From positions 11,371-75,370 of IMG/VR virus record IMGVR_UViG_3300047472_000102: a stretch of 64,000 nt of DNA; one strand, written 5' to 3'. The stretch comes from a virus. A program made the position numbers and the translations under genes. Of this stretch, positions 35,538 to 46,690 are shown piece after piece. The notes beneath the pieces were generated by a model. The model saw only the letters and a program-made list of their open reading frames with translations, ran no database searches and had not been told where the DNA came from. Within the stretch, counting starts at the first letter, position 1; each line of letters starts with the position of its first letter.

Positions 35538-36614
35538 ATGGATGCAAGTGATATCAACCTCTATCGTGGTACTCCACGACAGGTAAAATATTGGGCACTA
35601 CGTTGCCTGCAAGCTGGGCTTATTCCTATGGTTCAAGGATCACCCGGTCTGGGTAAGTCCTCTATGATCCGAGGCACGGCAAAGGAAATGAACCTCAAGC
35701 TTATTGACGATCGTATCGCTACGAATGGTCCTGAGCACTATACAGGATTGCCTGACGTATCAGGCGATAAGGCTGTTTACAAGCCTTTCGACGTGTTTCC
35801 TCTGGAAGGTGATCCTCTCCCGAAGGATGAGAACGGCAACGATATGGAAGGCTGGCTCTTTTTCCTAGATGAGTTCAATTCCGGTCTGCCTACTACCATG
35901 GTAGGTGCTTATAAGTTCCTGATGGAACGTGAAATTGCTCAGCGTAAAATCCATCCAAAGGTCTGGATTTGTGCAGCAGGCAACCGTGATGAAGATCGGG
36001 CCATTACCCAGCAATTGGGTACTGCTATTCAGCGTCGTGTAGTCTGGCTGGAAATGTACCTTGATGGTACCCAAACTGACCAATTCGATGCATTTATGCA
36101 GGATGTGGCTTTGCCACAAAACTGGAATTCTCAGGTTATTTCCTTCCTTCATTTCAAGAAGGCATACCTGAATAATTTCGATCCAAGCCATCAGGAAAAG
36201 ACCTTTGCATGTCCTGCTACTTGGGAAATGGCTTCTAAGCTGGCAGACCTTGCACCTGTTGAGGTCGAGGATGGTCCATTGTATTGTGGTACCCTCGGTG
36301 CTGGCGTAGGAACTGAGTTCGTCAATTACTGCCAGTTATCCAAGAACATCCCTACGATCAAACAGGTGCTGGATAACCCTGCTTACTGCAATATCCCACA
36401 GGATATGGGTGAGCAATTCTATCTCGTCTCCACTCTGGTAGAAGCTACTAATGCTTCTAATCTCCAGGATTTTGGAGACTATGTAGAACGTCTGGGTCTG
36501 GAATTTCGTATCCTTTACTGGAGGTCTATCCAGATGCGTCAGCCTGCATTGCGTCGTGAACCAGCATTTACCAGAGCACAAGTCACCTTGGCTCGTTACC
36601 TCTTTGGAGCTTAA
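35538..36614 (+). CDS. MoxR-like AAA+ ATPase (N4 gp24)
   Basis: GSPGLGKS Walker A, FFLDEFN Walker B, CAAGN. Confidence 0.92.
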   Translation: MDASDINLYRGTPRQVKYWALRCLQAGLIPMVQGSPGLGKSSMIRGTAKEMNLKLIDDRIATNGPEHYTGLPDVSGDKAVYKPFDVFPLEGDPLPKDENGNDMEGWLFFLDEFNSGLPTTMVGAYKFLMEREIAQRKIHPKVWICAAGNRDEDRAITQQLGTAIQRRVVWLEMYLDGTQTDQFDAFMQDVALPQNWNSQVISFLHFKKAYLNNFDPSHQEKTFACPATWEMASKLADLAPVEVEDGPLYCGTLGAGVGTEFVNYCQLSKNIPTIKQVLDNPAYCNIPQDMGEQFYLVSTLVEATNASNLQDFGDYVERLGLEFRILYWRSIQMRQPALRREPAFTRAQVTLARYLFGA

Positions 36615-36616
36615 AT

Positions 36617-37819
36617 ATGGACTGGACACCGGATCAGCTTCAGCGGGAATTAGACCGCATGAAGTCAGAAATCTTCCTTCGTAAAGGTGAGGCTGTTCTG
36701 GCACAACTCCTCTGCTCGATCCCTGTGATCTGGGCAGAGGATGCAGTCACAGCCTATACCAATAGTATGGTTGTAGCTATGAACCCTAAGTTCGTGCTCA
36801 ACCTACCTATCAGGACTCGTCCTACTGTCTTGGCTCATGAGTTATGGCACATAGGACTGTTGGATATCCTACGAGGTCAAGGCAAGGAATGGGAAATCTG
36901 GAATTGGGCAACCGATTATCGACATAATGCATATCTCCAATCGAAGGGCTATTCTTTCGATGGCACCAAACCATTTCTCGATATGAGATATTTTGGTTTG
37001 GCAGCAGAAGAAATCTACGATGATCTTCTGTTGAGAAGAGACAGTGGTACCCTTGATAATCTAGGTGCCATGTGGGGGATTACTGACGATAATGGTATGT
37101 TTGATGTCACCGATCTCAAACATCCTACAGCTGACGATGAACGCTATGAGACCATTCCTCCATTGGATGCGAACCAAGCAGCTAAGCTTGTAAACACCGT
37201 GGTTCAAGCAACTCAGTATGCTGCCCAAAGTCCAGCTGGTGGTGGAGGTGACTCAGCAGAAATTGATTTTATTAATCAGTTCTTGCAGCCAAAAATCAGA
37301 TGGGAAAAGGAAATCCTACCTTTCATGACAGCAGCAGAAGGACTGGATTATGATTGGCGTATTCCTAATCGTCGTATTAGGTACACTTATCTTCCAAGCC
37401 TTCGAACCAATAGTGAAGGTGGATTGACCCACATTGCATTCTTTGGTGATAGCTCTGGCTCAATTACCAAGAGTCAATTGGTGCGTATCAACTCCGAAGC
37501 TCGGTATGTATGGAAGCGTTTCAATCCTGCACTTTTTACCATGATTAATTTCGATGATGAAATTGAAATGGTTAAGCAGATGAGACGTGGAGATTCCTTC
37601 GAAGAAATGGAAGTGGTTGGACGAGGTGGAACTGATCTACGTCCAGTACGTCAGTGGATTATTGATAATAAACCAAAGGCAGTCGTAATCTTCTCTGATC
37701 TGGACTGCACTGCTATGGAACCACTGGTTCCAAAGGATATGGTTCCAATCCTATGGATCGTCTTCAATAATCCTAATGCTGCCATTCCACATGGTAGACG
37801 AGTCGATATCAACGAATGA
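36617..37819 (+). CDS. Metallopeptidase-vWA protein (N4 gp25)
   Basis: LAHELWH HExxH motif; DSSGSI MIDAS; GRGGTD; FSD. Confidence 0.92.
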   Translation: MDWTPDQLQRELDRMKSEIFLRKGEAVLAQLLCSIPVIWAEDAVTAYTNSMVVAMNPKFVLNLPIRTRPTVLAHELWHIGLLDILRGQGKEWEIWNWATDYRHNAYLQSKGYSFDGTKPFLDMRYFGLAAEEIYDDLLLRRDSGTLDNLGAMWGITDDNGMFDVTDLKHPTADDERYETIPPLDANQAAKLVNTVVQATQYAAQSPAGGGGDSAEIDFINQFLQPKIRWEKEILPFMTAAEGLDYDWRIPNRRIRYTYLPSLRTNSEGGLTHIAFFGDSSGSITKSQLVRINSEARYVWKRFNPALFTMINFDDEIEMVKQMRRGDSFEEMEVVGRGGTDLRPVRQWIIDNKPKAVVIFSDLDCTAMEPLVPKDMVPILWIVFNNPNAAIPHGRRVDINE

Positions 37820-38489
37820 ACCAAGAAGGAGAGGAGAAATCCTCTCCTTTATTATTGGAGATAATAATGTCAAATCTAATAGCTAAGCTACGACACCAAC
37901 TTGAAGTGGCTCAAACCCTAGCTAAAGCTCATATCAATTTTGTAGTAATACCTGCTGAAGATATCAAGGATGAGCTTCGCTTGGTTCAACTCCAAACAAC
38001 TCGACTGGAGAAACTTGCAGATGTATCTGAGCGACAGACAAAGGGTTGAGATAGGTCTACCCAGCCAGATGATGCTAGGTGCCTTTAAAGCAGGCGTAGA
38101 AGACCAAGGAAGCGAAGAATTCAAATCCGTGATCACTGACCTCCTAGAAGCCTCAATGGAGCCTGTGAGCGATCTTGTGTCAAAGAAGGCAGCTAAAATA
38201 ATTCTTCGTATTAATTCGCTTCTCAAAGACATTACAGTAGAGTATGTCAAGCAAGATGCTGAAGTATCCAAGGTAGCCCTCATCACATTTCACTTCATGA
38301 GATTTATTATTGAAGATAATTATCTTCAGTATGAGCAAGGAAGTGCATTTGACAGGTCCATACAAGCTTTCATGGAAGCATTGGAACACAAAGCCTCAGA
38401 ACCAAGAGTGAATGAGTCTGCAATCAAGCAGGCCAAGAAAATGCTAAAAAGGCTTCAGGAATGGGGCTATTACCGAGGCGTACAAATCA

Positions 38490-39086
38490 ATGATTGTTAA
38501 TGGTCGTTTTCTTACATTGAAGGCTCCGATCAAGAATATGATCGAGGAAAAGAAAGTCTTCAATGGTTATTCATATGGTCTCTCAGAAGCAGGGTATGAT
38601 TTTAGAATCAAACAACGTGTTATCTTCAGAGCACCCAAGATCGATGCATTAATGGATATAATGAGGAATGTCTGGCATCATGGCAGCAACTACGAACTTA
38701 CCAAAGAAGATAAAGCTATCCTCTATGGTTCAGTCACGGTCCACACCGAAGACGGACCCAAGACAACTATTGGCCGAACAGCTCTTGCAAGTTCAATTGA
38801 AGAATTTGAAATACCATCTGATCTTTGGTGCGAATTCAGAAACAAAAGCAGTCACGCAAGACGTTTTCTTGATGCATCTATTACAACAGATGGCGAGCCG
38901 GGGTGGACAGGCTTTCTCACAATTGAGTTGGTCTTCAATGGGATGGCCGATTATATCCTTGAACCTGGAACCCCTATCCTGAAGGCTGTATTTCATCAGC
39001 TAATGGAACCAAGAGAGTATGCAGGAAAATACTCTCATCAACCTGATAGACCAATAGAAGCTATAATGGAGAAGGGGAGCATTTAG
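38490..39086 (+). CDS. dcd: dCTP deaminase (N4 gp26-like)
   Basis: SYGLSEAGYDFR, KSSHARR, EPGWTGFLTIE, YAGKY..Q. Confidence 0.9.
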   Translation: MIVNGRFLTLKAPIKNMIEEKKVFNGYSYGLSEAGYDFRIKQRVIFRAPKIDALMDIMRNVWHHGSNYELTKEDKAILYGSVTVHTEDGPKTTIGRTALASSIEEFEIPSDLWCEFRNKSSHARRFLDASITTDGEPGWTGFLTIELVFNGMADYILEPGTPILKAVFHQLMEPREYAGKYSHQPDRPIEAIMEKGSI

Positions 39087-39146
39087 CTCCCCTTCTTTTA
39101 TTACTAATAATAATAATCCCAACCTTGGTTAGGGCGGGGGTGAGTG

Positions 39147-40439
39147 CTACGGACCAATGACAATGGGCTTAGTGCAAACACCATCACGGGCGTAAAGCTG
39201 ATCCGGCCTAAGGATAGCAGCGAGTCCAGCTGCCCTTTTGGCGACAAGCCAATCCATCGCGTCAATGGCCACTTGCGTTTGGATACCAATAGCCGAAGGC
39301 GATACCTTCATGTCATGCCAGTGCGTGAAGGTAGTTGCGCCCAACAATAAGCCGCGTTCAAGCGTCGCAATAAGTTGAGCGGAAGTTAAGCTACTCGTAG
39401 ACCCGTTAGACGGATGCTGACGGGCGTCTCCCTTAGCGATACCGTGTTTCGTGTAGAGATATCCGGCCTGTACCGTGCGAAGCGTCCGCATGCCGCTGTC
39501 ATACAGCGCGGCAGACGATGCCAATGGGGCAACGCCGTTGGGGTAGCAGCCATGGCGGCTATTATCGGACGTCACCGCCAAACCATTTGCGGCGATGAAA
39601 TCTCGAATTCCCTGGCAAGCCGCTACGGCAGTCGTCGGGTCAGTCGAGACGGATGTATCATCTGGCGTGAGATCGTTGCCAATACCCCATCCGGCATTAT
39701 GCATTTCTTGCAATTGGGCGAGGGTCATACGATTTGCCTGCCCAATAAAATTGGGTGGCAGCATTAACGTTCCTACAAGGCCCCTAGCCTGCGCTAACGG
39801 GTACCAAGTGTTGAAGTGTGTGTCAAAAATATCATCGCCGGTCATGGAGTAGGTTGGCATACCTCCAGCATTCTTAATGAGCGCATCAAAAGTGCCCATG
39901 GCACCATACGGACCAGTGGGGACTTGTGTCATTCTTTCGCTATGCGCGAGTGTGCCTAGACCAGCGGTGACGGGGGCGGTGAAGTCAGATTGATGGAATA
40001 GCAGCCATTGACCGCCCGCCGCCGGTGAGAAAGCCTTCGTAACCGTAGTTGACGACGCCCCTCGCGTTAGTCCCAGCGATGCACCGGATAGAGAGAGCGC
40101 AGAGGTATCGTTCTTGCAATCGAAATAGACCGCTATGCTGCCGAAAGTCCCAACATCTTGACTTCCGGCATTGGCCGTATTGACGCCGATCGTGGCGTTT
40201 GTAGGCGTCGTCTGATTGATATTGATGCCGGCAGCACCCTCGATATTGCTCGTCGTGTCCAGAGAGCCAACGCTTGACGCCGCGCCTTGGATTACTCTGG
40301 TGTTACCGCCAGCATCCGTCATGCTGTCAAGAGCATCGATCAACTGCGAGGCCGGAGGTACGTAAGGCCCACCCCCACCCTGTCCTATAGAAGGCTTTCC
40401 ATTAAGACCGATAATATTTCTCTGCCTTCTAGAATACAT
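39147..40439 (-). CDS. Polysaccharide deacetylase (NodB/CE4-like) domain protein, possibly virion-associated
   Basis: MTGDD, GLVGTL, RMTLAQLQEMHNAGWGIGN, CYPNG and HWHD motifs after a beta-rich N-terminal domain; GC-rich. Confidence 0.75.
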   Translation of the reverse strand: MYSRRQRNIIGLNGKPSIGQGGGGPYVPPASQLIDALDSMTDAGGNTRVIQGAASSVGSLDTTSNIEGAAGININQTTPTNATIGVNTANAGSQDVGTFGSIAVYFDCKNDTSALSLSGASLGLTRGASSTTVTKAFSPAAGGQWLLFHQSDFTAPVTAGLGTLAHSERMTQVPTGPYGAMGTFDALIKNAGGMPTYSMTGDDIFDTHFNTWYPLAQARGLVGTLMLPPNFIGQANRMTLAQLQEMHNAGWGIGNDLTPDDTSVSTDPTTAVAACQGIRDFIAANGLAVTSDNSRHGCYPNGVAPLASSAALYDSGMRTLRTVQAGYLYTKHGIAKGDARQHPSNGSTSSLTSAQLIATLERGLLLGATTFTHWHDMKVSPSAIGIQTQVAIDAMDWLVAKRAAGLAAILRPDQLYARDGVCTKPIVIGP

Positions 40440-40499
40440 TTAATTATCTCCAGTAATATATAGATAATGGCTCCCTTTTGAGGAGCCATTCACTAAGTA

Positions 40500-41012
40500 T
40501 TAGTCTTGAAGGAATGCAAAATTAGCGATAATGCCGTTGACGGTATATGTGGAAGTTCCCTTGGAAACGAGAGCCACATAAATATCTCGTCCAAGTCCTT
40601 CAACTACAAGACCGATATTAGTCTTGGTAGCTACACGAGATGCACCAACGTCATACCAATCACCAGTGGCAATAGAAACCACGCCAAGGAGATTGGCTGC
40701 TACGGCATCAGTCATAGCAAGGGCTGCATTTTCAGCACCAATAGAAGTTGGGGCTTTCAGAAAAAGCACATCGACAGCGCCACCAGTATCGTCCATATCC
40801 ATGAAAACCATGGACTGAAGAACAGCATGACCACCGCCCTCACGAACTGCACCAGCGATCTTCTGTGTGTCAGCAAGGAGATCACCAGATGCATATGCAG
40901 CAGTATCGAGAGTAAAGGTAACTTTACGGACAGCAGTTACACCAGTTTCAGTAAGAGTTACTGTAGGTGCCTTTGGCATATCCGCATCACCAGAAAAATT
41001 TTGACCTGACAT
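40500..41012 (-). CDS. Hypothetical beta-rich, probably structural protein
   Basis: 170 aa on the late strand, GAGGAG RBS, hairpin downstream; AYASGDLL motif. Confidence 0.55.
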   Translation of the reverse strand: MSGQNFSGDADMPKAPTVTLTETGVTAVRKVTFTLDTAAYASGDLLADTQKIAGAVREGGGHAVLQSMVFMDMDDTGGAVDVLFLKAPTSIGAENAALAMTDAVAANLLGVVSIATGDWYDVGASRVATKTNIGLVVEGLGRDIYVALVSKGTSTYTVNGIIANFAFLQD

Positions 41013-41798
41013 GGGGTATGATACTCCTCGGTTAATTTAAGTAATAATTGTAGGAAAAGACTAATGCCCAAGTATCAAACGAATGTCTTGCCGCCTAAAG
41101 GTAAGGGGTGGCCAAAGAAACTCTTCGTTTATTCGAATGGTTCGAATTATCCGAAATATACATTTATTCGTGAGAATGTAAATTCCCCATGGATTGGCCA
41201 TGGAATTACTGGACCATCCATCGATAGCATTATGAAGATAGTGGAGAATTGGAAATGAAATATTTTGCTTGTTACGAGAAGAGCTACACAGGCTCTTGGA
41301 CTCTAGTCGTTTATCATGATGGTAAACCAGGAAAATCCGTAAATGCCTCTGATCCAGAGAGAAGCAATTTCTTTGCAGTTCCTCCTGAAATGATAGATAT
41401 CGATGGCTCCCCAAGGATGGGGGCTATCAAGAGTATATTCCCTCCACCGGAGTATTGAACCAATGAGAACAGAAACCACCATTTTTCAAAGATACTGGCC
41501 GTACCTACGAAAGTGGGGTTTCAGTCTTCAGTGGAAGGGCAAATATGGTCCTATCAATAATTTGGAAGATATTCGTCAGTATCAACAGATAGAAAAAGAT
41601 AGGATCATTTATATACGCATTAGTTCAAATAATGACCAATGCCATGTATCCTATGCCTGTATGAACCCAGATAATCCAGAACCAAATAGATGGAGGGAGA
41701 AGACTCCTCCCATTAGTTGGTATAATCTGGAAACCCTAGAACAAGCCTTAGTACTTGCTCGTGATGCAAGGAACTATTACCACGACAAGGATTAAATT

Positions 41799-44306
41799 AT
41801 GGAAGTCACGCATCAGTCCGACTACGATACCCATGCCATCATGGGTGGCTCAGCAGCCAAGGCATTTGGTATTATCAACTCAGCTGAATTCATCACCGTC
41901 CTATCCAGCACTCTTTATTCCGATGCATTTTTGGCAGTAATCCGCGAAGTTGTCTGCAATGCATGGGATGCTCACAAAATGGTGGGCAAGGAAGATATGC
42001 CTGTAGATATCACCATTGATGAGACCTCCCTGAAGATCAGGGATTATGGTCCAGGTATCGATCCAAAGAAGATGATTGATATCTATTGCACCTATGGTGG
42101 CTCAACCAAGAAGCAGCAGGAAAACCAGACAGGTGGTTTTGGCCTTGGTTCTAAGAGTCCATTTGCCTATACGGACCACTTTACTGTTCATAATTGGTTT
42201 GGTGGTAAGAAGGCTATCTGGGCTATCTCTCGTGGTTCCAGCGAGACAGGTGGTATGCCTGATGCCCGTACCATTATTGACAATATTCCCACTGAAGAAT
42301 CTGGTCTGATGGTAGATATTCCAATCCAGCAGATTGATGACGTAGCTAATTTCACTAAGGTCATTCGCCAGATCGTTATGTTTGGCGAGATGAATGTAAA
42401 TCTCAATGGTGTAAAGGTTAGAACCAAGGAGATCAGCAAAGCTCACGAAGGTATTTTCTTCACCAGTAGTGAGCCTTATACCATAAATGGGTTGCTGTAT
42501 GTTCGATACGGAAATGTGATTTATCCCATTACAGAACATCGAGAATATGAACAGCTATATGCTGCTGCAACCAGTCTTATGAAACGTACTGGTCGTACTA
42601 AATCCCATGGATATGAACGTGAAAATAGAAGTCCTATTTATGCAATCTTTGAAGCAGAACCGAATTCAATTTCGATTACTCCTTCAAGAGAGTCACTTCA
42701 TACTTCTGATAGGACCATTGCTACAGTCACTAAGCTTTTGAATAAATTTCTGGACATTGCCAAAACACTTGGAGGCAATGACATGCTCTTGAAGCACGAG
42801 CAAAAAATCCTGGAAATTTATGCTGCTAATAGCAAAGACCCTCGTGAACTAATTATGCATGATAATCTGATCAACGCTTATCATACAAACCAGAATGATA
42901 AATATGCCACATGCGTTGGGGATTTCTATTCGGTAGAGGAAATCGTTCTAGCCACAGCGTGTAATGGTTATTACTACGATGATGGTAATTTCGTAGCCAA
43001 AATGAAGGCTGCACGCCTTCGCCAGATTATCAAGAATAAACCTACTGACTGGGATATGCTTAAAAAGGTTGAGAAAATCCTTAAGCGTGATCCAAAGAAG
43101 TGGAATGACTATCACGAGTCCAAGCATGAAAATCGTAACTTTGGTCATATCCTGTCTCGTGCATCAGCAGCTGGCCTAAATCCCAAAAATCTAATCATGT
43201 GGAATCGACATGGTTATGAAGGACGTAAAGCCTATGCTGGTCAGGAACTTTATCTGACTCAGCTTAGTCTCACTAATCTGATTAAGCTCTCTCGACGTGT
43301 TATCATGCTTGTAGAGCAGAAGAGTCAGATTAAGACCTATGGCTTTTGGCAGGAACCAGAATGGAAACAAGTTTGGGAACACATGCCTGCTGAGGGTTGT
43401 CTTGTCTATCTGATGAGCAACAAAAAGTACCTAAACTATGAGGATACCAAACGGTATTGGATTAAGCAGGGATATCTTGTCATTGACATGGTTGCCTACA
43501 ACAGGGAACAAACCCCCCTCGTAAAGCTGCCACTCAAGACAGTTGCTGCACCTGAACCAAGGAAGCCAAAGGGAAGCTATGTCAGCTTTCTCAATGTCGT
43601 TCTAAATGGGGATGCCGGATATCGAAAGCATCTGGAAAAACCAAAGAAGGATATGATTTATCTTACTAATCCAGAATGGATTCATCGTCCTCACAAGACT
43701 CGTGAAAGTGCTTGGGATTCCAAGATGTTCTATTGGGGTGATCATAAACTCAAAGAGATATCTGATCTCTTTGGTTCCAATGGTGCTATTGCCCTGTCTG
43801 ATGATGAATACAAAAAAGGACTCAAAACAGGGTTGTTAGATGGTACTACCTATATCGTAAATAGGATTATTAATGAAATAATGAGTAATTCTAATTACAA
43901 AGCAGTAATGGAAACTGAAGGACAGTTTCGTAACCTGACTAAACATATAGGTTCTTACGTATATGATCGTCTACGTAAGACTAAAACAGGTACCCATCTT
44001 ATCTCTGCTCCAGTACTTACAGAAATGGAAGAAAAATACTGGAATATGTTTTGTCATCTAGTTCAGCGTAAGAATTGGATGAGCAATGAAAACATCAAAA
44101 GTCTAGAATTGGCTTGGAATACAACTTCATCTTGGAAAAAGGATACTAAAGATAATAGTATCCAGAAGCAGTTTTCCCGAGGTTTCGAAAGACGGCTTCC
44201 TCAAATACGCATTAACGAAATCCTAGATCAACTAGAAAGCAAGAAGATTTCAGTGAAAGAACAGGTTTATTATGAATCTATTCTTACGATGACTCTCTTC
44301 TGCTAA
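41799..44306 (+). CDS. rIIA: rIIA-like protein
   Basis: GHKL-type N-terminus LYSD...IREVVCNAWDAH, IRDYGPGI, GGFGLGSKSPFAYTD. Confidence 0.92.
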   Translation: MEVTHQSDYDTHAIMGGSAAKAFGIINSAEFITVLSSTLYSDAFLAVIREVVCNAWDAHKMVGKEDMPVDITIDETSLKIRDYGPGIDPKKMIDIYCTYGGSTKKQQENQTGGFGLGSKSPFAYTDHFTVHNWFGGKKAIWAISRGSSETGGMPDARTIIDNIPTEESGLMVDIPIQQIDDVANFTKVIRQIVMFGEMNVNLNGVKVRTKEISKAHEGIFFTSSEPYTINGLLYVRYGNVIYPITEHREYEQLYAAATSLMKRTGRTKSHGYERENRSPIYAIFEAEPNSISITPSRESLHTSDRTIATVTKLLNKFLDIAKTLGGNDMLLKHEQKILEIYAANSKDPRELIMHDNLINAYHTNQNDKYATCVGDFYSVEEIVLATACNGYYYDDGNFVAKMKAARLRQIIKNKPTDWDMLKKVEKILKRDPKKWNDYHESKHENRNFGHILSRASAAGLNPKNLIMWNRHGYEGRKAYAGQELYLTQLSLTNLIKLSRRVIMLVEQKSQIKTYGFWQEPEWKQVWEHMPAEGCLVYLMSNKKYLNYEDTKRYWIKQGYLVIDMVAYNREQTPLVKLPLKTVAAPEPRKPKGSYVSFLNVVLNGDAGYRKHLEKPKKDMIYLTNPEWIHRPHKTRESAWDSKMFYWGDHKLKEISDLFGSNGAIALSDDEYKKGLKTGLLDGTTYIVNRIINEIMSNSNYKAVMETEGQFRNLTKHIGSYVYDRLRKTKTGTHLISAPVLTEMEEKYWNMFCHLVQRKNWMSNENIKSLELAWNTTSSWKKDTKDNSIQKQFSRGFERRLPQIRINEILDQLESKKISVKEQVYYESILTMTLFC

Positions 44307-44324
44307 GAAAAGGAAACCCATTAA

Positions 44325-46127
44325 ATGGCTAAGGTCATTACAGTGGTTGCCGCCACTGTCGATAAAGTGAAGGTAGTCTTCTATACCGATACTGGCTCAA
44401 CCGAAGTTATCAAGCAGGGAGACCCTCGTCTTACCGAATTGCTTGCAACCCTCATGCCACGAATCAATCGTGGTGAACGTGTAACTATCGATCTCGGTAG
44501 TTACTCCCTCTATGGTCAGTTCGAGAAGAAGAGCAACATGCTTGTTCGATTCTTCAAGGCTGCGAAGTCTGCCGTTCAGGCTGTGGTAGAAACACTAGTT
44601 CAGTCAGATATACCCGTGGACAGTGATGTACCACAGCAGACGGTCAATCCTGTAGTTCAATCTCAAACCCCTCCTACAGTGGCTCCTACGGCCCCTGTAG
44701 AGGAACCAAAGGTAGAAGCTACTATTCCTGCTCCTGCTCCTCAGAAGCCACGCTATGAGGATTTGAAGGACAAGCTTGAACCGGTAGCAGATGACAATCT
44801 TCAGCCTGATGAGACTCTGGTAGCCGTCATTAATGGTGTGGCTATTCCAGGAATCGAAAAGCTGAAGCCTTATCTGGCTCATGCAGTCAAGCACAACTCT
44901 ACCAAGGCTGTTGTTTCATTCCTCGAACGTATTAGTCGAGTAATCGACCAGCGTGGTCATTCCATTCCAGATCTGCTTAGGTTCTTGGAACGTGGTGACC
45001 TTCCTTTGGCTGAGGATGGTAGCATTATTGCCTATAAGATTCTCAGGAAGTCAAAGGAACATCAGGGCTTCAAGTATGTAGATTGCCACTCTGGCAAGGT
45101 GCATCAACGAGTGGGTACCTATGTACGTGTCGAAGAGAAACTCGTAGACAAGAATCGTCATAACGAATGTTCCAATGGTCTCCATGTCGCTCGACGTGGC
45201 TACATTGGTCAATTCTCAGGTGACGTTTGCGTCATGATCAAGATGCCTCCAGAGGACGTGATTGCAGTTCCACATAACGATCCTAACAAGGTTCGTTGCA
45301 TGGGCTACCACATCATCTTTGAGCTTCCAGATCACGTCTACAACGTCCTTCGTGCCAATCGTCCAATGACCTCTGATAGTGAAGCAGCAGCAATGCTTGC
45401 CAAGGCAATCAGTGGGGATCACATTGGTGTCACCGAGGAAGTCTGGATTGGTGGTCAAAAGGGCTCAAACCTCTCCATCAAGAATGCCATCCATCCTGAA
45501 GACTTCGAAAAGGAAGTGAAGAAGGCTGTAGTTACAGAAACAGCAAATGTTCCTGAATCTGCAAAGGCATTCGATCATGATGGGGAAGATAAACCTGTAG
45601 ACGCTGTCTACGTTGATCCTCGTGCCATGGCAAAAGAGATCAAGGAAGACAAGGCCAAGGCTGCTCTTGAAACGCCTCTGGATGATTACAATAGGATTAT
45701 CCAGACTAATGACAGAGTTGGTGCTCAGGCTTGGATCGACAAGAAGAAACGGGCTAAGAAGCCCTATACTTCTTGGGGTCTTCCAGAAAATGCAGGTGAA
45801 CGTCTGAAGGCTATCATTGATGGTTATAAAGCTGAAATCACTAATGCAGTAGCATCACATGTGACTTCTGATAAGGATGATCCTATCGTAAGTCATAATG
45901 CAAAAGCTGCACAAACTGAACCAAAGGATCAGAAAGCTGATGAGTTCTTTGGAACCAAAAAGGTAAAGCCCATGGGTAATGCTGAAAAGGCTCGGAAGAT
46001 GTTCGAGCAGAAGGATTGGCGTAATCTGTGGATTCTCAAGAAGACTGCAAAGAAATCTTGGGAAGCCCTTGGATTCAACACCAAGGAAGAAGAACGGATT
46101 AAGACGAATAAACCGTCTGATTTGTAA
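44325..46127 (+). CDS. rIIB: rIIB-like protein
   Basis: FLERGDLPLAEDGSIIAYK, DCHSG, ECSNGLHVA, PEDVIAVP...KVRCMGY. Confidence 0.92.
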   Translation: MAKVITVVAATVDKVKVVFYTDTGSTEVIKQGDPRLTELLATLMPRINRGERVTIDLGSYSLYGQFEKKSNMLVRFFKAAKSAVQAVVETLVQSDIPVDSDVPQQTVNPVVQSQTPPTVAPTAPVEEPKVEATIPAPAPQKPRYEDLKDKLEPVADDNLQPDETLVAVINGVAIPGIEKLKPYLAHAVKHNSTKAVVSFLERISRVIDQRGHSIPDLLRFLERGDLPLAEDGSIIAYKILRKSKEHQGFKYVDCHSGKVHQRVGTYVRVEEKLVDKNRHNECSNGLHVARRGYIGQFSGDVCVMIKMPPEDVIAVPHNDPNKVRCMGYHIIFELPDHVYNVLRANRPMTSDSEAAAMLAKAISGDHIGVTEEVWIGGQKGSNLSIKNAIHPEDFEKEVKKAVVTETANVPESAKAFDHDGEDKPVDAVYVDPRAMAKEIKEDKAKAALETPLDDYNRIIQTNDRVGAQAWIDKKKRAKKPYTSWGLPENAGERLKAIIDGYKAEITNAVASHVTSDKDDPIVSHNAKAAQTEPKDQKADEFFGTKKVKPMGNAEKARKMFEQKDWRNLWILKKTAKKSWEALGFNTKEEERIKTNKPSDL

Positions 46128-46393
46128 ACATATAAGGGGAGGCTTCGGCCTCCCTTTTTCATTAGTAAGGATAATAATAAAATGAACATTGAGCGTGTTA
46201 AAAATGCTCTCACACCTGATTTCAATTCTCAGGGTGCCTATACAGGTAGAATAATCCAGAGAGAAACATTTGTAATTCCTGATAGTGAAGGTAATCCTAT
46301 CCAGGTAGAGCGTGATGTTGTAATCACTTGGGATACTATCAAGGAGATTCTCTCCTTGGTTCGAGAACGTGCTCAATTAGATTAGAGGCAATA

Positions 46394-46690
46394 ATGGCTA
46401 CGGCCCGTGTGCAAACCGAAGTGCTCATGAAGCTGAATGACTTAGGTCTTTCATTAAAACGAATTGGCGAGCTTACCGGTTACCACTGGACAACTGTCAA
46501 AGAACGTCTTGAGGAAGCTGGAATACCTCGTACGGACACACGACGCTCTTTCATGGATGAAATCTATGGCAAGCTAACCCCTCAGCAGAGGGAATGGCTT
46601 TCCGAAGAGATTAATCTAGGCCAACCCATAGCATCCTTTCTGAGGATGCTTATCATTGAGAAATATAACTCAAGAAAGAGAGTCAAATAA
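46394..46690 (+). CDS. N4 gp35-like HTH protein
   Basis: LNDLGLSLKRIGELTGYHWTTVKERL...DTRRSFM. Confidence 0.7.
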   Translation: MATARVQTEVLMKLNDLGLSLKRIGELTGYHWTTVKERLEEAGIPRTDTRRSFMDEIYGKLTPQQREWLSEEINLGQPIASFLRMLIIEKYNSRKRVK

